Below the pieces are notes generated by a model. It saw nothing but the letters and a program-made list of their open reading frames with translations, had not been told where the DNA came from and did no database searches. The translations under genes were made by a program, and so were the position numbers. From contig CAXYCJ010000006.1 in the NCBI GenBank assembly GCA_964275585.1, forward strand, positions 83,387 to 147,386: DNA of 64,000 nucleotides. Reading direction: 5' to 3'. Shown in pieces: positions 18,901-27,673 of the stretch; within the stretch, counting starts at the first letter, position 1, and each line of letters opens with the position of its first letter. Source of the stretch: an uncultured SAR86 cluster bacterium (GTDB taxonomy: Bacteria; Pseudomonadota; Gammaproteobacteria; Magnimaribacterales; D2472).

Positions 18901-19053
18901 TCATATCGTATCAATGAAAATGCAACTGTTTTTGTTGATGGTCAGAATCTAAATGATGAAAATACAAGACTGTTTGCTAGGCATCCTGAGATGCTTTTCT
19001 TAGCTCAAGATCATGGTCCAATTTATAGACTTGGGTTTAGATATAAATACTAA
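16000..19053 (+). CDS. TonB-dependent outer-membrane receptor (large, carbohydrate-type subfamily by N-terminal plug motifs)
   Basis: 1017 aa. Signal peptide, plug region VVVTGIRRSLESA..DAITAEDFGKFPDGNLAESL, and C-terminal ..RLGFRYKY. Confidence 0.9.
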   Translation: MKFLKISFLMVLPFFILADNPVSPMDVDSPESSQPLPEPQVESRAVQVSGYETSSSYTSDEQGVEEVVVTGIRRSLESAINIKRNNVGIVDAITAEDFGKFPDGNLAESLARVVGIGIDRSNVEGARVAVRGFGPELNLVTLNGRQMPTVPGQYEGGRSFNFGDISSHGIAAVEVYKSVNSSLPSGGIGAAVNMVTTKPLDIKGTLTSGSINSLFDSSSKESSNPLEAAFVHSANKGKWGYAISGSIQERNNREEGTRESNWITVEDQALVEGYFRVDKNAAGISNGNKRADGKTFYQEPTAYLIKDNDRERVNAQASVQYDFESARATIDYTYSKVDFSSNGQMFGSWLGGWGTTSGTINANGAYTDVTVGGRGYDHQLIWGNTESENKSLGFNLAIEYSDALSFEIDYHNSSAEKLGTELPNEMGFVTPADAVVTHRNGGSDGINTFTYSKDFTVDDFSHSGLYYRDASKENDMEQLQVKGEWLNLDGGFLKSIQFGVSNNESEFSDVRSELNTPLAPVVAASPSLFTKTPLNGFMDGFDPRFGSSYYFAIDPQAAKNAWQVNVGLFNSGPVDTNDRVEETLDSIFIQADMEFTVNEKPLLVVAGLRYEESEVISTGLESTPTNIRWDMIEGLTYLTGGAVDAPKMGSSDMVLPSLAMSYAIEEDKILRFSASRSMARPSLQDLRSSLSFGNKDFFTPTASGGNPGLEPLKSTNFDLAYEWYYADGSYFSVNYFFKEIEDFISSEISTGNLYGLTNPAFSEIGQYAQNCVNAWDAAGRPDPGFPGEWGSNDCVSQQALWAQSWMTPQQHMGWVALAMSRGIDVSGGFPYGACDYDGWWRCEPGYIDGTASDPAANFQITRPANLETGDVDGFEVVLQHLFADTGFGAQLNATIVNGGDVDVDTTKIGRQFILPGLGDSGNASVFYEDDKITARIALNRRGETIVGFGNYDQPLYVMERDQIDASFSYRINENATVFVDGQNLNDENTRLFARHPEMLFLAQDHGPIYRLGFRYKY

Positions 19054-19075
19054 TCCTGAGTTTTTGAATTATAAA

Positions 19076-19100
19076 AGAGGGCGCCAGCCCTCTTTTTTTT
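19076..19100 (+). terminator. Intrinsic terminator
   Basis: AGAGGGC-GCCA-GCCCTCT followed by T8. Confidence 0.8.
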
Positions 19101-19114
19101 GTTAAACTTTTAGC

Positions 19115-20107
19115 ATGAGAATTTTTTTTATATTTTCCCTTTTCTTTATCCTGTTGGGCTGCTCATCAGAGGCTATTGAAAAACCTAATTACCTTCAAGA
19201 AAAAATCTTCTACTCATCAAAAAATATATTAGGTTTTGAAAATATATTTGATGAAGGTCGCGATACTCAGACTGACATAGAAATTTTTGGAGTGATGCAT
19301 TTTCCTGACGAGTATGATTCATCTCGTAAGTATCCTATGGTAGTAGCTTCTCACGGTTCTTCAAATTGGAGAGCCCATCATTTGAAATATTTAGAACAAA
19401 TAAGACAAGCTAATTTTATAGTTTTTGCTATGCATCCATTTGATTCTAGGGGAGTGAATAGCACTGTTGGTAATCAAATTAATGTTACCAGTGAGTCTGT
19501 TATTTATGATATGGCGATGAGCTTAAATCTGTTTTGGAATGATCCAAGAGTGAATAATAAAAAAATATATGCAGCTGGGTGGAGTCTTGGTGGAACAGCT
19601 GCCTTGTTTAATTCATGGCTGCCGCTTCAAAAGACTTTGAATAAACCTGATGCATCTTTTGCTGGGTATTTAATGTGGTACCCAGGATGTTTGGCTCTTC
19701 CAGATCTAAATGAATGGGATACAGATTTTATGCAAATTTATATTGGCGAGGAAGATAATTGGACTCCGCCTCAGCCATGCAAAGAATTAGTTTCTGTGAT
19801 GAATAAAAGAGGAGGCAATGCTCATATAGAGTTTTACCCAAATTCTTTCCATTCTTTTGATGGACCTCTCCCACTAAGATTAGTACCCGAAGCATACAGT
19901 TGGGCTAACTGTAAATTAAAATTAAACGGAGAAACAAAAAAGGTATATGACCCTACAAATATGGAATTAGACTTCTCAGATCCCAAAGCCCGTAAAAGTG
20001 CGTATGAAAGTTGTGCTGTAAAAGGGGAGGTTATGGCCGGTGCTAGCCCAGAGTATCAAAATGCTGCATATGTTCACCTCGCAACCTTACTGCCAGATTT
20101 AGACTAA
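19115..20107 (+). CDS. Alpha/beta-hydrolase lipoprotein (dienelactone-hydrolase-like)
   Basis: Lipobox LLGC, nucleophile elbow GWSLGG, C-terminal His in FHSFD. Confidence 0.65.
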   Translation: MRIFFIFSLFFILLGCSSEAIEKPNYLQEKIFYSSKNILGFENIFDEGRDTQTDIEIFGVMHFPDEYDSSRKYPMVVASHGSSNWRAHHLKYLEQIRQANFIVFAMHPFDSRGVNSTVGNQINVTSESVIYDMAMSLNLFWNDPRVNNKKIYAAGWSLGGTAALFNSWLPLQKTLNKPDASFAGYLMWYPGCLALPDLNEWDTDFMQIYIGEEDNWTPPQPCKELVSVMNKRGGNAHIEFYPNSFHSFDGPLPLRLVPEAYSWANCKLKLNGETKKVYDPTNMELDFSDPKARKSAYESCAVKGEVMAGASPEYQNAAYVHLATLLPDLD

Positions 20108-20448
20108 ACAGAAAACTCCTTCCAGCCTCTGAATCCACCCTCTAAATTTTGAACATTGGAGAAACCTATTTCTTTTAAGGTCTTTCCAGCAAGCGATGCT
20201 CGGCTTCCTCCGCCGCAATAAACTACAATAGCGGTATCAGCTTTGATGTCATCACCTGGACTTAATTTCATTTCAATTAGACCTCTTGGAATATTTAGGG
20301 CATTATTTATTTGCCCAGTTTCTTTAATCTCAGATCCCTCTCTAACATCAATAATAAAGAACTTATCTAGGTTAGAAGAAAGCTCTTTGCAAGAAATTCT
20401 AGGTACTATTGAATGAGCTTCTGCTATTAAATCTTTTAATGTGTTCAT
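20104..20448 (-). CDS. Rhodanese-domain sulfurtransferase
   Basis: 114 aa. Active-site loop YCGGGSRAS. Confidence 0.85.
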   Translation of the reverse strand: MNTLKDLIAEAHSIVPRISCKELSSNLDKFFIIDVREGSEIKETGQINNALNIPRGLIEMKLSPGDDIKADTAIVVYCGGGSRASLAGKTLKEIGFSNVQNLEGGFRGWKEFSV

Positions 20449-20520
20449 AACTTTATTATCTTATTATATTTTTAATATTAATACTTTCAGATAAAAGAAT
20501 CCTAAGCTTATCAGTTCATT

Positions 20521-20549
20521 GAAGAGGGGCTTTAGCCCCTCTTTTTTTT
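20521..20549 (+). terminator. Orphan plus-strand intrinsic terminator (no plus-strand gene upstream)
   Basis: AGAGGGGC-TTTA-GCCCCTCT followed by T8. The nearest upstream plus-strand gene ends at 20107 and a minus-strand gene lies between them. Confidence 0.6.
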
Positions 20550-20835
20550 GTTATTTATTTTGAATGATCCATCAGGTATTGTTACACCAAACCCCAGCAA
20601 GGCAAGGCTGGTAGATAATTTTGCTATTAAATAACCTTGGTTTTATGCATTTTTTCTTGCATACTGCTTTTTCTATGAAAAGAGCACTGTTACATTCTAA
20701 ACATCATCAAAACACTGTAGCTAAGGTTGAACTGGACTATGAGACTTTCTGTGCCTTAGAAACTGTCTTGGATATTCCTGCTCAAAAACTTAGATCGCTT
20801 TAATCTACTCCTGTAATGGCGTGCCTTCATAATTA

Positions 20836-21831
20836 ATGATGAAAAATTTTATATCAACTCAATCATGGTCTAGATCTGAACTACAAGATATTCTTGATTT
20901 TGCTCAACAATTGAAAGATATGCCATTTCAACCTTTATTACAAAATAAATCAGTTGCAATGGTATTTTTTAATCCCTCTTTACGAACAAAAACGAGTTTC
21001 GAGGTGGGGATACGTGAGATGAATGGTACAGCTGTCATTTTGGAACCAGGCAAGGATGCGTGGCCCATAGCATTTGAAGAAAATATTATTATGGATGGTT
21101 ATGCTGAGGAGCATGTCAAAGAAGTTGCTCAAGTCTTATCATCTTATTGTGATTGCATTGCTATCCGGGCTTTTCCAAAGTTTTTAGACTGGAATATTGA
21201 TAGAACGGACCACGTGATTAATAGTTTTGCTAAATTTGCCTCTGTTCCAGTTATAAACATGGAAACTATTGAGCATCCATGTCAGGAACTTGCTCACATA
21301 TTGACTCTTCAAGAACATTATGGTGATTTACAGGGGAGGAACTATCTTTTAACTTGGACCTATCATCCCAAACCCCTAAACACAGCCGTTGCAAACTCTA
21401 GCCTTATGATAGCTAGTAAATTTGGCATGAATGTTAAATTATTGTGTCCTTCAGAGGACTATCTATTAGATGACAGGTATCTTCAAGCTGCAAAAAATAA
21501 TTGTGAGCATGAGGGTTCTTCATTCAGCATTACACATGATATTCAAGAGGGTTATTCCAGTGCTGAAATTGTTTACGCAAAGAGCTGGGGCTCTTTAAAA
21601 TATTATGGTGATTTAGCCAAAGAAAAAGCTTGCCGTGAAAATTTTAAACATTTTATTGTTGATGAAGAGAAGATGAGCATTACAAATAATGCAGTATTCA
21701 GCCACTGCCTTCCATTAAGAAGAAATATCAAGGCAACTGATGGTGTCATGGATGCTGATTATTGTTTGGCAGTTAAAGAAGCATCAAATAGAAAACATGT
21801 ACAGAAATCTATGCTGTCAAAAATTTTATAG
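20836..21831 (+). CDS. argF': N-acyl-ornithine carbamoyltransferase-like transcarbamylase (argF' type)
   Basis: 331 aa. NPSLRTKTSFE replaces the canonical OTC STRTR. Also HPCQ and SHCLPLRR motifs. Sits in the Xanthomonas-type arg operon context. Confidence 0.75.
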   Translation: MMKNFISTQSWSRSELQDILDFAQQLKDMPFQPLLQNKSVAMVFFNPSLRTKTSFEVGIREMNGTAVILEPGKDAWPIAFEENIIMDGYAEEHVKEVAQVLSSYCDCIAIRAFPKFLDWNIDRTDHVINSFAKFASVPVINMETIEHPCQELAHILTLQEHYGDLQGRNYLLTWTYHPKPLNTAVANSSLMIASKFGMNVKLLCPSEDYLLDDRYLQAAKNNCEHEGSSFSITHDIQEGYSSAEIVYAKSWGSLKYYGDLAKEKACRENFKHFIVDEEKMSITNNAVFSHCLPLRRNIKATDGVMDADYCLAVKEASNRKHVQKSMLSKIL

Positions 21832-21841
21832 GATTAAAAAA

Positions 21842-23035
21842 ATGAGTAAAAAAATAGTTTTAGCATTCTCTGGAGGACTAGATACTAGTTTCTGCATCCC
21901 ATATCTTCTTGATCAGGGATATGAAGTACACACTTTGTTTGTAAACACAGGCGGGACCCCAGCAAAAGAAGAGCTAGCCATCACCCAAAGAGCTAAAAAG
22001 CTTGGAGCTAAAAAACACGTTAATATTAATGTTGAAAAAAGTTTATGGTCTGAAATCCTTGTTCCGTTGATTCAGTCAGGTTCTTTATATCAAAATAAAT
22101 ATCCAGCTCTATGCTCAGATAGATATTTGATAGTTAAAGAGTCAATTAAGTTATGTCGCAAGCTTAAAACAAAAAATATAGCTCATGGATGCACAGGAAT
22201 GGGCAATGATCAAATTAGATTTGATTTATCCATCAGAGCCCATGGAAGTTACAACATCATTACCCCAATTCGAGAAATTCAAAATATTACAAAAAATGTT
22301 CGAATCTATGAAGAAGATTATCTCAAAGATAAGGGGTTTAGTGTGTCCTCTTTGCATAAAAAATATAGCGTCAACGAAAACCTTATGGGTGCTACTATCT
22401 CAGGCTCTGAAATAGATGAGTGGAGTGAACCATCCAAGGAAACTTTTGTTCTATGCAAACTCCCCCATCAGTACCCTAAAAAATCTAAATCTTTAAAATT
22501 TAAATTTTCGAAGGGCAAGGTAACGACTTTAAATGATAAAAAAATACCAGGCGCAGATCTTTTAAGAACTTTAAATAATTTGGGCGGTTCATTTGGTGTT
22601 GGTAGATCAGTTTTCTCTAGCGATACGATTATTGGCCTTAAGGGTAGGTTTGTATTTGAGGCTCCAGGAATTGCAATTTTAATGACTGCTCATCGAGCTT
22701 TAGAAGAATCAGTGTTAACTGACAAACAAAATGTTGTGAAGTCTAAGATTGGTCAGGAATGGGTAGATTTAGTTTATAAAGGCTTTTACTTTGAGCCGTT
22801 GAGAGAGAACCTTGAAGCATTTTTAACTGATTCTCAGAAATTAGTTACTGGAGAAGTCATTGTTCAGCTTAGCCCAGGGAAGGCTGATGCAGTTGCTGTT
22901 AAATCTAAAAATATACTCATTAGCAATGAGGGCTCTTATGCTCAATCAGCTACTTGGAGCGAAGCTGAGTCTAAAGGCTTTATTAAGTTGATAGGTCAAA
23001 GCACGTCAACTTGGTCTTCAATTCATAAAAAATGA
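21842..23035 (+). CDS. argG: Argininosuccinate synthase
   Basis: The ATG at 21842 gives MSKKIVLAFSGGLDTS (ATP-PPase motif). The ORF-track start at 21740 overlaps argF' and is rejected. Confidence 0.9.
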   Translation: MSKKIVLAFSGGLDTSFCIPYLLDQGYEVHTLFVNTGGTPAKEELAITQRAKKLGAKKHVNINVEKSLWSEILVPLIQSGSLYQNKYPALCSDRYLIVKESIKLCRKLKTKNIAHGCTGMGNDQIRFDLSIRAHGSYNIITPIREIQNITKNVRIYEEDYLKDKGFSVSSLHKKYSVNENLMGATISGSEIDEWSEPSKETFVLCKLPHQYPKKSKSLKFKFSKGKVTTLNDKKIPGADLLRTLNNLGGSFGVGRSVFSSDTIIGLKGRFVFEAPGIAILMTAHRALEESVLTDKQNVVKSKIGQEWVDLVYKGFYFEPLRENLEAFLTDSQKLVTGEVIVQLSPGKADAVAVKSKNILISNEGSYAQSATWSEAESKGFIKLIGQSTSTWSSIHKK

Positions 23036-24096
23036 ATACTGAATTAGAGCTATGTTTAAAACATTTAAAGGCTCTAATTGCTTGCGATACATCAAATCCA
23101 CCTAGAAAGATTGAAGATTCTGGGTTAATTACTTATTTACATTCTCTAGATTTTATAAACCCGCATATTACTGATTTAGGTGAGGGCTCTTTTAATATAT
23201 TACTTACCAAGGGATCACCTAAATATCTCTTTAATGTACATCTTGATACTGTTCCAGCAGGAGAGGGCTGGAATTATAAGCCATACGATCTAACCATTGA
23301 GAGCGGCAAGGCTTTTGGACTGGGTGCTTGTGATATTAAAGGTGCAGCTGCATGCCTATTAACTTTAATTGAGCAAGGGCTTGAGAATTATGCAATTTTA
23401 TTCTCAACTGATGAAGAGGCTGGTCAAAGCACTTGCATCAAAGAATTTATTAAAACTAAACCTAGCTTTGAGGGCATTATTGTTTCCGAGCCTACACAAA
23501 ACTTAGCTGTAACCTGCCATCGAGGAATTTTTACCGGAACTCAGGAATTTTTTGGAATTGCTGGGCACAGCTCTAATAAAAGAGCTATGAGTGATAATGC
23601 CATTCATAAACTAGCTAATTGGTCTCAATCAGCCTTGTTAAATGCGCAGTCTCTTGACGGAGAGTCAATTGGACCATTGCAGGGGATAGCTTTTAACCTT
23701 GGTACAATTCAAGGAGGCGTGAAACCAAATATAATTGCAGATCATGCCCAGGTTAAATTTGGCTTTAGACCTTTGCCTGGTCAGTCAGTTGAAGATTTAT
23801 TATCTAGCCTAGCAATTGAATCAATTGAAAATAACTCTAAGTTTACACCTGGCTTTATTGCTCCTTCTTTACCAGCTACTGGAGATACAAGCCTGTTGGA
23901 GGCATTCGCAACAAAATTATGCTTAGATTTATCACCGCCAGTTAATTTTTGGACTGAAGCTGCCTTGTTCAGCGAAGCAGGTTATTTAGCTATTGTTTTT
24001 GGTCCAGGTAATATAGCCAATGCCCATCAACCCAATGAATTCGTAGAACTCGATCAGCTCATTCAAGCGCTTAGTATTTACAAGGAGATAGCTTGA
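23032..24096 (+). CDS. argE: M20-family deacetylase (acetylornithine/acetylcitrulline deacetylase, ArgE-like)
   Basis: HLDTVP, GLGACDIKG, STDEEAG, SEPT metal and catalytic blocks. ATGA overlap with argG. Confidence 0.8.
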   Translation: MNTELELCLKHLKALIACDTSNPPRKIEDSGLITYLHSLDFINPHITDLGEGSFNILLTKGSPKYLFNVHLDTVPAGEGWNYKPYDLTIESGKAFGLGACDIKGAAACLLTLIEQGLENYAILFSTDEEAGQSTCIKEFIKTKPSFEGIIVSEPTQNLAVTCHRGIFTGTQEFFGIAGHSSNKRAMSDNAIHKLANWSQSALLNAQSLDGESIGPLQGIAFNLGTIQGGVKPNIIADHAQVKFGFRPLPGQSVEDLLSSLAIESIENNSKFTPGFIAPSLPATGDTSLLEAFATKLCLDLSPPVNFWTEAALFSEAGYLAIVFGPGNIANAHQPNEFVELDQLIQALSIYKEIA

Positions 24097-25406
24097 TGAG
24101 CAATCCCACAAATCAATTTATCAAAGACACAATTTTAAAATTACTGGGAGCCATTGGTTCGGAAAAAGAAATTAATAAATATATTGAAAAGTTTTCTTCA
24201 CCTGACCAGCGCTTTGCTGTGATCAAGGTTGGTGGATCAGTTATACAAGATGATTTGGAGAACCTGATTGCTTCTTTGGTGTTTTTGGATCAAGTAGGTC
24301 TCAAGCCAGTAATACTGCACGGAGCTGGACCGATGATCTCAGAAGCCCTGGAGAAAGATGGCATTGAATTTTCATTTGTAGATGGCCAAAGAGTTACCTC
24401 TGATGAAGTAAGAAATGTTGCTATAGAAGTCTTTCATTCAACAAATCAAACCATTGTTGATGCTTTAGAATCTCAGGGCGCAAAAGCTCAAGGATTGGTC
24501 TCAGATGTTTTTCAATGCAATAAAGCCAAACCTGAGCTAGGGTTAGTTGGTGAAATTAATGCTGTGAATGTAGAACGCGTAAACAGTATTCTTGAATCAG
24601 ACATAATTCCTGTCATAGCACCCATGGGTTATGAAGGTGAAGAGATTTTAAATATCAATGCTGATATAGCCACTGTTGAGCTTGTGAAGGCAATTAATCC
24701 TTATAAGGTAATTTTCTTATCGGAAACAGGCGGAATTTTTAATGAAACAGATCAACTCATTGAAACAATTAACCTAGTTTTAGAGTATGAAGACTTAATG
24801 CAACAAGAATGGTTGCATTCAGGAATGAAACTAAAGCTAGAGCAAATAAAAATTCTATTGGATCATCTTCCTAAGACATCTTCTGTTTCTATTGCTCAAC
24901 CCATTAACCTCCCAAAAGAACTATTTACAGACTCTGGATCAGGAACCCTTGTAAAGCATGGGTACAGCATTAATAAGCATTCATTGCCAGATCAAGATAT
25001 AGAAGATCAATTCAAGGTAATAATTGAGTCCTCATTTAATGGCTCTTTAATAGAAAATTTTTTTGATCAATCAGATGATTTAAGTATTTTTATGACCTCA
25101 TGTAAAAGAGCAACAATTGCAATTTCTACAGCATTTGTCGTACCTTACATGGACAAGTTTGGTGTTATCCCCGAAGCTAAAGGCGAGGGCTTGGGAGCTG
25201 GTATCTGGCACGAGATGCGCAAAGCTTATCCTCAAGTTTTTTGGCGATCACGGGCTAATAACCCAATCAATAAATTTTATACCTCAATTTGTGAAGGTTG
25301 CCAAAAACAAGATGAATGGCATATCTTTTGGATTGGCATTTCTGATTATGGGGTTTTAAAAGATTGCATTGAATATGCTTTAGCTAAACCCAAGAGTGTG
25401 ACCTAG
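24096..25406 (+). CDS. argB: Acetylglutamate kinase fused to a C-terminal N-acetyltransferase-like domain (bifunctional NAGS/NAGK type)
   Basis: AAK-fold motifs AVIKVGGSVI and HGAGP, plus ~150 extra C-terminal residues. Start overlaps the argE stop (TGATG). Confidence 0.75.
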   Translation: MSNPTNQFIKDTILKLLGAIGSEKEINKYIEKFSSPDQRFAVIKVGGSVIQDDLENLIASLVFLDQVGLKPVILHGAGPMISEALEKDGIEFSFVDGQRVTSDEVRNVAIEVFHSTNQTIVDALESQGAKAQGLVSDVFQCNKAKPELGLVGEINAVNVERVNSILESDIIPVIAPMGYEGEEILNINADIATVELVKAINPYKVIFLSETGGIFNETDQLIETINLVLEYEDLMQQEWLHSGMKLKLEQIKILLDHLPKTSSVSIAQPINLPKELFTDSGSGTLVKHGYSINKHSLPDQDIEDQFKVIIESSFNGSLIENFFDQSDDLSIFMTSCKRATIAISTAFVVPYMDKFGVIPEAKGEGLGAGIWHEMRKAYPQVFWRSRANNPINKFYTSICEGCQKQDEWHIFWIGISDYGVLKDCIEYALAKPKSVT

Positions 25407-26345
25407 ATGAAAATTAAAAATATAGGCTTAATTGGCGGAAGAGGGTATGTGGGTCAGGAGATTTTAGCTTTGCTTTCTGAGCACCAATCCATTGAAGTAA
25501 CCTCAGTTTTTTCTTCCAGCATGAAAGGTGAGTTAGTTAGTGGCTATCCAAAAAACCCTTCTCTGAAATATTCAGATATCAACATTGATAATTTAAATTT
25601 AACCAATGAGGATGCATTTATTCTTGCCCTTCCTGACGGCCAGGCACAACCTTATGTTGATGTCATCATTAAGCATAACCCTAATGCATTTATCATTGAT
25701 TTAAGCTCAGATCATCGTTTTGATAGTAATTGGCAGTACAGAGTCCCAGAAATCTTTGATCCCATAAATTCTCGTTTAATAAGCAATCCTGGCTGCTATT
25801 CAACTGCTATGCAATTTATGCTTTTTCCTCTGGCTAACTTACTTGAAGGATATGTCAACTTCTTTGGAATTTCTGGTTATAGCGGAGCCGGAGCCTCACC
25901 TAATCCCCGAAATAACACTAAACTTTTAAAAGAAAATATTCTTGCATATTCTCTTGTTGGTCATAAGCATGAAGAAGAAGTTAAGAAATACTCTTACCCT
26001 GCTATATTTTTCTCCCCTCATGTTGCAGAATTCTTTCGAGGAATATTAATTACAGGAAATTTCTCACTCGTAGACTCAACTTCTCCTGAAATAATAATCA
26101 AACGATTTAGAGACTTCTATAAAGACCATAAATTGATTTATATTCAAGATGAAGCCCCTCATTTGCAGCAAGTTCGAGGAACTTCAAATGTTATTATTGG
26201 TGGCTTTGAGGTTAATCCAGAGACCAATAGACTGACTTTTTGCTGCGTAATTGATAACCTGCTAAAAGGGGCAGCAACTCAAGCGATACAAAATCTAAAT
26301 AGTGCATTTGGATGGAATGACAATCTAGGAATTATTATAGAATGA
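25407..26345 (+). CDS. argC: N-acetyl-gamma-glutamyl-phosphate reductase (short type)
   Basis: GGRGYVGQE NAD(P) motif and active-site NPGCYST. Confidence 0.9.
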   Translation: MKIKNIGLIGGRGYVGQEILALLSEHQSIEVTSVFSSSMKGELVSGYPKNPSLKYSDINIDNLNLTNEDAFILALPDGQAQPYVDVIIKHNPNAFIIDLSSDHRFDSNWQYRVPEIFDPINSRLISNPGCYSTAMQFMLFPLANLLEGYVNFFGISGYSGAGASPNPRNNTKLLKENILAYSLVGHKHEEEVKKYSYPAIFFSPHVAEFFRGILITGNFSLVDSTSPEIIIKRFRDFYKDHKLIYIQDEAPHLQQVRGTSNVIIGGFEVNPETNRLTFCCVIDNLLKGAATQAIQNLNSAFGWNDNLGIIIE

Positions 26346-27628
26346 AAATTTGGAATAAAAATACGAAAACCAACAACTCTGCCATTGATACATTTTTATC
26401 TGGAGAGGATATTATTCTAGATCAAGAGCTTTTTCTCTATGACATTGAAGCCTCCATAGCACACGCTGAGGAACTCAAGGCAATAGATATTCTTAGCGCT
26501 ACTGAATTTAAAAAAATGGTCTCAGCCTTAAAAAAACTTGCGAAACTATTTCTAAACAAAAAATTTAAGCTAACAAAAAAATATGAAGATTGTCACTCAG
26601 CAATAGAAGATCATTTAATTAAAGAATTAGGGGATTTGGGTAAAAAAATTCATACCGGTAGAAGCCGCAATGACCAAGTATTAGTTGCTATGCGTCTATA
26701 TGCCAGGGATCATCTTGATAACATTCAAACATTAAATCTCAAGATTGCTAAATCTTTTCTTGATAAGGCATCTAAATATTCCTCAGATGTTATGCCGGGT
26801 TACACTCATTTGCAAAGAGCCATGCCATCAACTTGGGGCTTATGGTTTGGAGCTTTTGCAGAATCCTTTATGGACAATGCTGAATTGCTTTCTAACACCC
26901 AGTCTTGGATAAATTTAAATCCATTGGGTACGGCAGCTGGTTATGGAGTTAACTTACCTATCAAGAGAGACATAAGTACAAAAAAATTACAATTTAAAAG
27001 AAAACAGCTCAATAGTCTTTACGTTCAAAACAGCAGAGGAAAATTTGAATTAGAGCTTTTAGGTGCTCTCAAACAACCTATGTTGGATTTAAGAAAATTT
27101 TCTTGGGACGTTAGTATCTTTATGACGCAGGAATTTAATCTTTTGACTATGAGCTCTCAATACTTAACAGGTTCATCTATGATGCCCAACAAATCAAACC
27201 CAGATGTCATTGAGCTTATGCGTTCAAGTTACTCCATAGTTGCAGGCCACTACTCAGAGTTAGAAAATCTAATCTCATTGCCAAGTGGATATCATAGAGA
27301 TTTGCAGCTAACTAAGCGCTCATTGATCCACTCACTTAATTCTGTTACCCAATCCCTGGCATTACTGCCTGATTTAATTAATTCCATAAAAATTAATAAA
27401 TTACAATCCAAAGCTTTTATTGATGAGAATATGAAGATGACAGATCAGGCTTATGACTTAGTTCAATCCGGCATGCCCTTCAGAGATGCTTATATGATGG
27501 TCAAGGATAATCAAGATATGGATGCAAGTCCTGTGAAGAAATCAAAAAATCTGGCCTCAGCCGGCTCACCGTTTAATTTAGAACTCAATCTATTGACATC
27601 AAGATTAAAAAAACTATTAAAGCCTTAG
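26342..27628 (+). CDS. argH: Argininosuccinate lyase
   Basis: Fumarate-lyase signature GSSMMPNKSNPD and TGRSRNDQV. ATGA overlap with argC. Confidence 0.9.
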   Translation: MKIWNKNTKTNNSAIDTFLSGEDIILDQELFLYDIEASIAHAEELKAIDILSATEFKKMVSALKKLAKLFLNKKFKLTKKYEDCHSAIEDHLIKELGDLGKKIHTGRSRNDQVLVAMRLYARDHLDNIQTLNLKIAKSFLDKASKYSSDVMPGYTHLQRAMPSTWGLWFGAFAESFMDNAELLSNTQSWINLNPLGTAAGYGVNLPIKRDISTKKLQFKRKQLNSLYVQNSRGKFELELLGALKQPMLDLRKFSWDVSIFMTQEFNLLTMSSQYLTGSSMMPNKSNPDVIELMRSSYSIVAGHYSELENLISLPSGYHRDLQLTKRSLIHSLNSVTQSLALLPDLINSIKINKLQSKAFIDENMKMTDQAYDLVQSGMPFRDAYMMVKDNQDMDASPVKKSKNLASAGSPFNLELNLLTSRLKKLLKP

Positions 27629-27673
27629 CTTGCTTTTGCTTTTCATTTTTTAATATGAGAGTATTAAGGGAGA

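Noticed and set aside
20621-20803. 60-aa ORF upstream of argF'.
   Set aside because: It has a TTG start without a Shine-Dalgarno, and its composition resembles intergenic DNA. It is more plausibly the arg operon promoter/operator region.
21740-21841. Upstream extension of argG proposed by the ORF track (start at 21740).
   Set aside because: It would overlap the last 90 nt of argF' and add a non-homologous N-terminus. The conserved synthase N-terminus (MSKKIVLAFSGGLDTS) begins at the ATG at 21842.
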